Positions 61,718 to 64,000 of a stretch of DNA of 64,000 nucleotides are shown here, in pieces. The stretch covers positions 68,346-132,345 of the forward strand of contig NZ_JMCB01000034.1 of the NCBI RefSeq assembly GCF_000737315.1, written 5' to 3'. The stretch is from Hyalangium minutum (lineage in GTDB: Bacteria > Myxococcota > Myxococcia > Myxococcales > Myxococcaceae). Both the position numbers and the translations under genes were made by a program. The notes under the pieces are model-generated. The model was not told the origin of the DNA. It worked only from the letters and a program-made list of their open reading frames with translations, and did not search any database. Within the stretch, counting starts at the first letter, position 1. Each line of letters begins with the position of its first letter.

Positions 61718-62107
61718 ATGAGAGTCCTCCTCATCGTGCTCACGGGCCTGATCGCCCTGCTTCATCTCTGGTTCATGGTCCTGGAGATGTTTCTCTGGCA
61801 GACGCCCTTCGGGCTGGCGACGTTCCACCTCACGCCGGAGGTCGCCGCGAGCTCGGCGGTGCTGGCGGCAAACCAGGGCCTGTACAATGGCTTCCTCGCG
61901 GCCGGGCTGGGCTGGAGCCTGCTCATCGGCGAAGTGCACTGGGCCCTGCGCGTGCGCGCCTTCTTCCTGGGCTGTGTGCTCGTCGCCGGAGTCTATGGAG
62001 GCGTGACGGCGCAGCGCTCCATCCTGGTGGTGCAGGCCCTGCCGGCGCTCGTGGCGCTCATCGTGCTCGTCCTCCACCAGCGCTCCGTGCCGCGGGCGCG
62101 TCTGTAG
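61718..62107 (+). CDS. DUF1304 family membrane protein
   Basis: LEMFLW...NQGLYNGFLAAGL...VQALPA pattern. Confidence 0.85.
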   Translation: MRVLLIVLTGLIALLHLWFMVLEMFLWQTPFGLATFHLTPEVAASSAVLAANQGLYNGFLAAGLGWSLLIGEVHWALRVRAFFLGCVLVAGVYGGVTAQRSILVVQALPALVALIVLVLHQRSVPRARL

Positions 62108-62213
62108 GAGCCCTGCTCACACTTTTTCAGGAATCGAGACAATAAGGGGGACCGGAGGATGACGCGCTGAGGTCCCGTGCCCATCTCTTTCTCAAGAAGA
62201 GCTGGGGGGGCGA

Positions 62214-63422
62214 ATGGGACGAGGGCGAAGGTGGGCGGTGGCCCTGGCAGCGGCCATCGTGTGGGTGGGGTGCGTCTCGTGTAGCCGCAACAAGGAGCAG
62301 TCGCAGCCCTTCTATCTGCGCTCGGGGGTGAGCTCGCGGGGCCCGGAGTTCGCCACGGCGCTCTACCAGACGGTGAGCACGCGCATGGTGCCGGGCAACC
62401 ACCTGCGCTGGGCCAACAACGGCGCGGTCTTCGACGTGATGGAGGAAGAGCTGTCCCGCGCACGCTCCTCCATCAACATCGTCCTGTTCATCTGGCGCAA
62501 GGGACAGGCCTCCGAGCGGATCCTCTCCGTGCTCACCGAGCGCGCCCGGGCGGGTGTGTCCTGCCGGGTGCTGGTGGATCCCCTGGGGAGCGGGCCCTTC
62601 GAGAAAGACATCAAGCCGAGGCTGGAGGCTGCCGGGTGCCACGCGCACCTCTTCCGCCCGCTGCCCGCGGACGAGAACCTGGCGCGCAACCACCGCAAGA
62701 TCATCGTCGTGGACGGCCGGGTGGCCATCACCGGGGGCCTGGCCATCCAGGACGAGTGGCTGGGAGATGCGCGCAACGAGAAGGAGTGGCGCGATACCAA
62801 TGTGCGGGTGGAAGGTCCCGTGGTGGCGCAGCTCCAGCAGGCCTTCGCGGAGAATTGGCAGGAGCGCACCGGCGAGCTGTTGCCCGCCAGTGACTTCCCC
62901 GCGCTGGGCACCTCCGAGCCCAGCCTGGACGATGCGCGGGACGGCTGGGGCGGCTTCGTCGCCAGCACCGCCAACCCCGAGCTCACCCGCGCCGAGCGCC
63001 TCACGCAGCTGATGGCGCGCGCGGCGCACAAGCGGCTGTGGATCGCGCAGGCCTACTTCACGCCCAACGAGCCCCTCACCGCGCTGCTGGTGGAGCAGGC
63101 CCGCGCGGGGGTGGACGTCCGGGTGCTGGCGCCTGGGGACAAGAACGACCACACGTCCATCACCCTGGCGCAGCGGGCCACCTACGACACGCTGCTGGCC
63201 GCGGGCGTGCGCATCTGGGAGTACCAACCGTCCATGATGCACGCCAAGACGATGCTGGTGGATGACCGGCTGGTGCTGGTGGGCTCCATCAACTACGACG
63301 CGCTGTCCTTCAACCTTCTCGAGGAGGGTTCGCTGGTGCTCGAGGATCAGGAGGCCGCGCGGGGCATGGAGGCGTTCTTCCTGGAGGACCTGAAGCACGC
63401 CACGGAGGTGAAGGCCCGGTAG
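62214..63422 (+). CDS. Phospholipase D / cardiolipin synthase-like protein
   Basis: Two HKD motifs (NHRKIIVVD, MHAKTMLVD), WRDTNVRVEGP. Confidence 0.92.
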   Translation: MGRGRRWAVALAAAIVWVGCVSCSRNKEQSQPFYLRSGVSSRGPEFATALYQTVSTRMVPGNHLRWANNGAVFDVMEEELSRARSSINIVLFIWRKGQASERILSVLTERARAGVSCRVLVDPLGSGPFEKDIKPRLEAAGCHAHLFRPLPADENLARNHRKIIVVDGRVAITGGLAIQDEWLGDARNEKEWRDTNVRVEGPVVAQLQQAFAENWQERTGELLPASDFPALGTSEPSLDDARDGWGGFVASTANPELTRAERLTQLMARAAHKRLWIAQAYFTPNEPLTALLVEQARAGVDVRVLAPGDKNDHTSITLAQRATYDTLLAAGVRIWEYQPSMMHAKTMLVDDRLVLVGSINYDALSFNLLEEGSLVLEDQEAARGMEAFFLEDLKHATEVKAR

Positions 63423-63461
63423 GCACAGTGGACTCGGCTCGGAGCGGCGGGTTGTTCTGCA

Positions 63462-63481
63462 TGGAGGCGGCGGGAATCGAA
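63462..63481 (-). mobile_element. tmRNA (ssrA) 3'-end fragment, probable att-site remnant
   Basis: Minus strand reads TTCGATTCCCGCCGCCTCCA (T-loop, T-stem half, acceptor 3' strand); no tmRNA 5' end within the window. Confidence 0.6.
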
Positions 63482-63666
63482 GCCGCCGCTCGGAGCTTCT
63501 GGCGAGAGCGCTCCGTCTTGGTCGAGCGCAGTTCCCGTAAGACTTCCAGCTCTCGGACGCCCTCACCGCACCCCGCAGAAGAGCCTCTGTTCCTCCTATG
63601 CGCCTATATTTCGCGGTGGCGCAGATGGAGCGCTCTGGGCCGTCACGCAAACCAAAGGGAGTTCCA

Positions 63667-63915
63667 ATGATCGATCACTTGAGTGTCGTCGTGAGCGACT
63701 CCGCGAAAAGCAAGGCCTTCTATTCGCAAGCGCTCGCACCCACCGGCCATTCGCGCGTGGTCGAGCTGCCTGCCACGCGTGAGGGTCAAAAGGAAGGTGC
63801 AGGCTTCTGCCATGCGGACGGGTCCGATTTCTGGATCAGCCAAGGCGAAGCGGTCACACCGCCGATCCATATTGCGTTTCGCGTCTCCTCTCGCGAAGCA
63901 GTGGACGCCTTGTAA
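63667..63915 (+). pseudogene. Truncated VOC/glyoxalase family protein
   Basis: MIDHLSVVVSD...SKAFY...HIAFRVSSREAVDA then stop; the expected second half is not seen in downstream sequence. Confidence 0.75.
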
Positions 63916-64000
63916 GAGTTCACCGGCTCAAGCAGCCAGAGCAGCCGGAGCGGTCTCGAAGCTCGGGAGTAGCGAGGGAGGCTGGAGGCCGTGGCGGTGC

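Noticed and set aside
63462-63900. Complete tmRNA gene
   Set aside because: No matching 5' acceptor/D-loop sequence ~350 nt to the right; that stretch encodes the VOC fragment.

Overview
High-GC myxobacterial chromosome segment, with Cystobacterineae-like gene content (taxon inferred). About 48 real CDSs; most other six-frame ORFs are antisense or alternate-frame shadows. Housekeeping genes include a 2-oxoacid dehydrogenase E1 alpha/beta pair, ppc, class I fumarase, a DEAD/DUF3516 helicase, an RND pump and an ornithine cyclodeaminase-like enzyme. The main feature is a ~15 kb accessory island (26810-41754) between a full fumarase gene and a 5'-truncated, diverged second copy, with a 107-bp duplicated junction fragment. 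The island encodes a Ser/Thr-TPR kinase, an FHA-sigma54 activator, a 14-repeat RCC1 lipoprotein, a subtilase and a four-gene secreted operon. That operon looks like a split vitellogenin/MTP-type lipid-transfer protein, a Hedgehog-like Hint autoprocessing protein and a membrane-anchored helical partner. Two island promoters share a sigma54 -24/-12 element and a CTGATAAC-N4-GTTATCAG palindrome at nearly identical spacing. Other points: a divergent diadenylate-cyclase-like protein, a lipase-like hydrolase paired with a DUF4785-like gene, an almost fully deleted ADH beside its LysR, a three-blade fucose-lectin-like lipoprotein, and a tmRNA 3'-end fragment resembling an att site. All family assignments are from motif recognition by eye; no searches were run.
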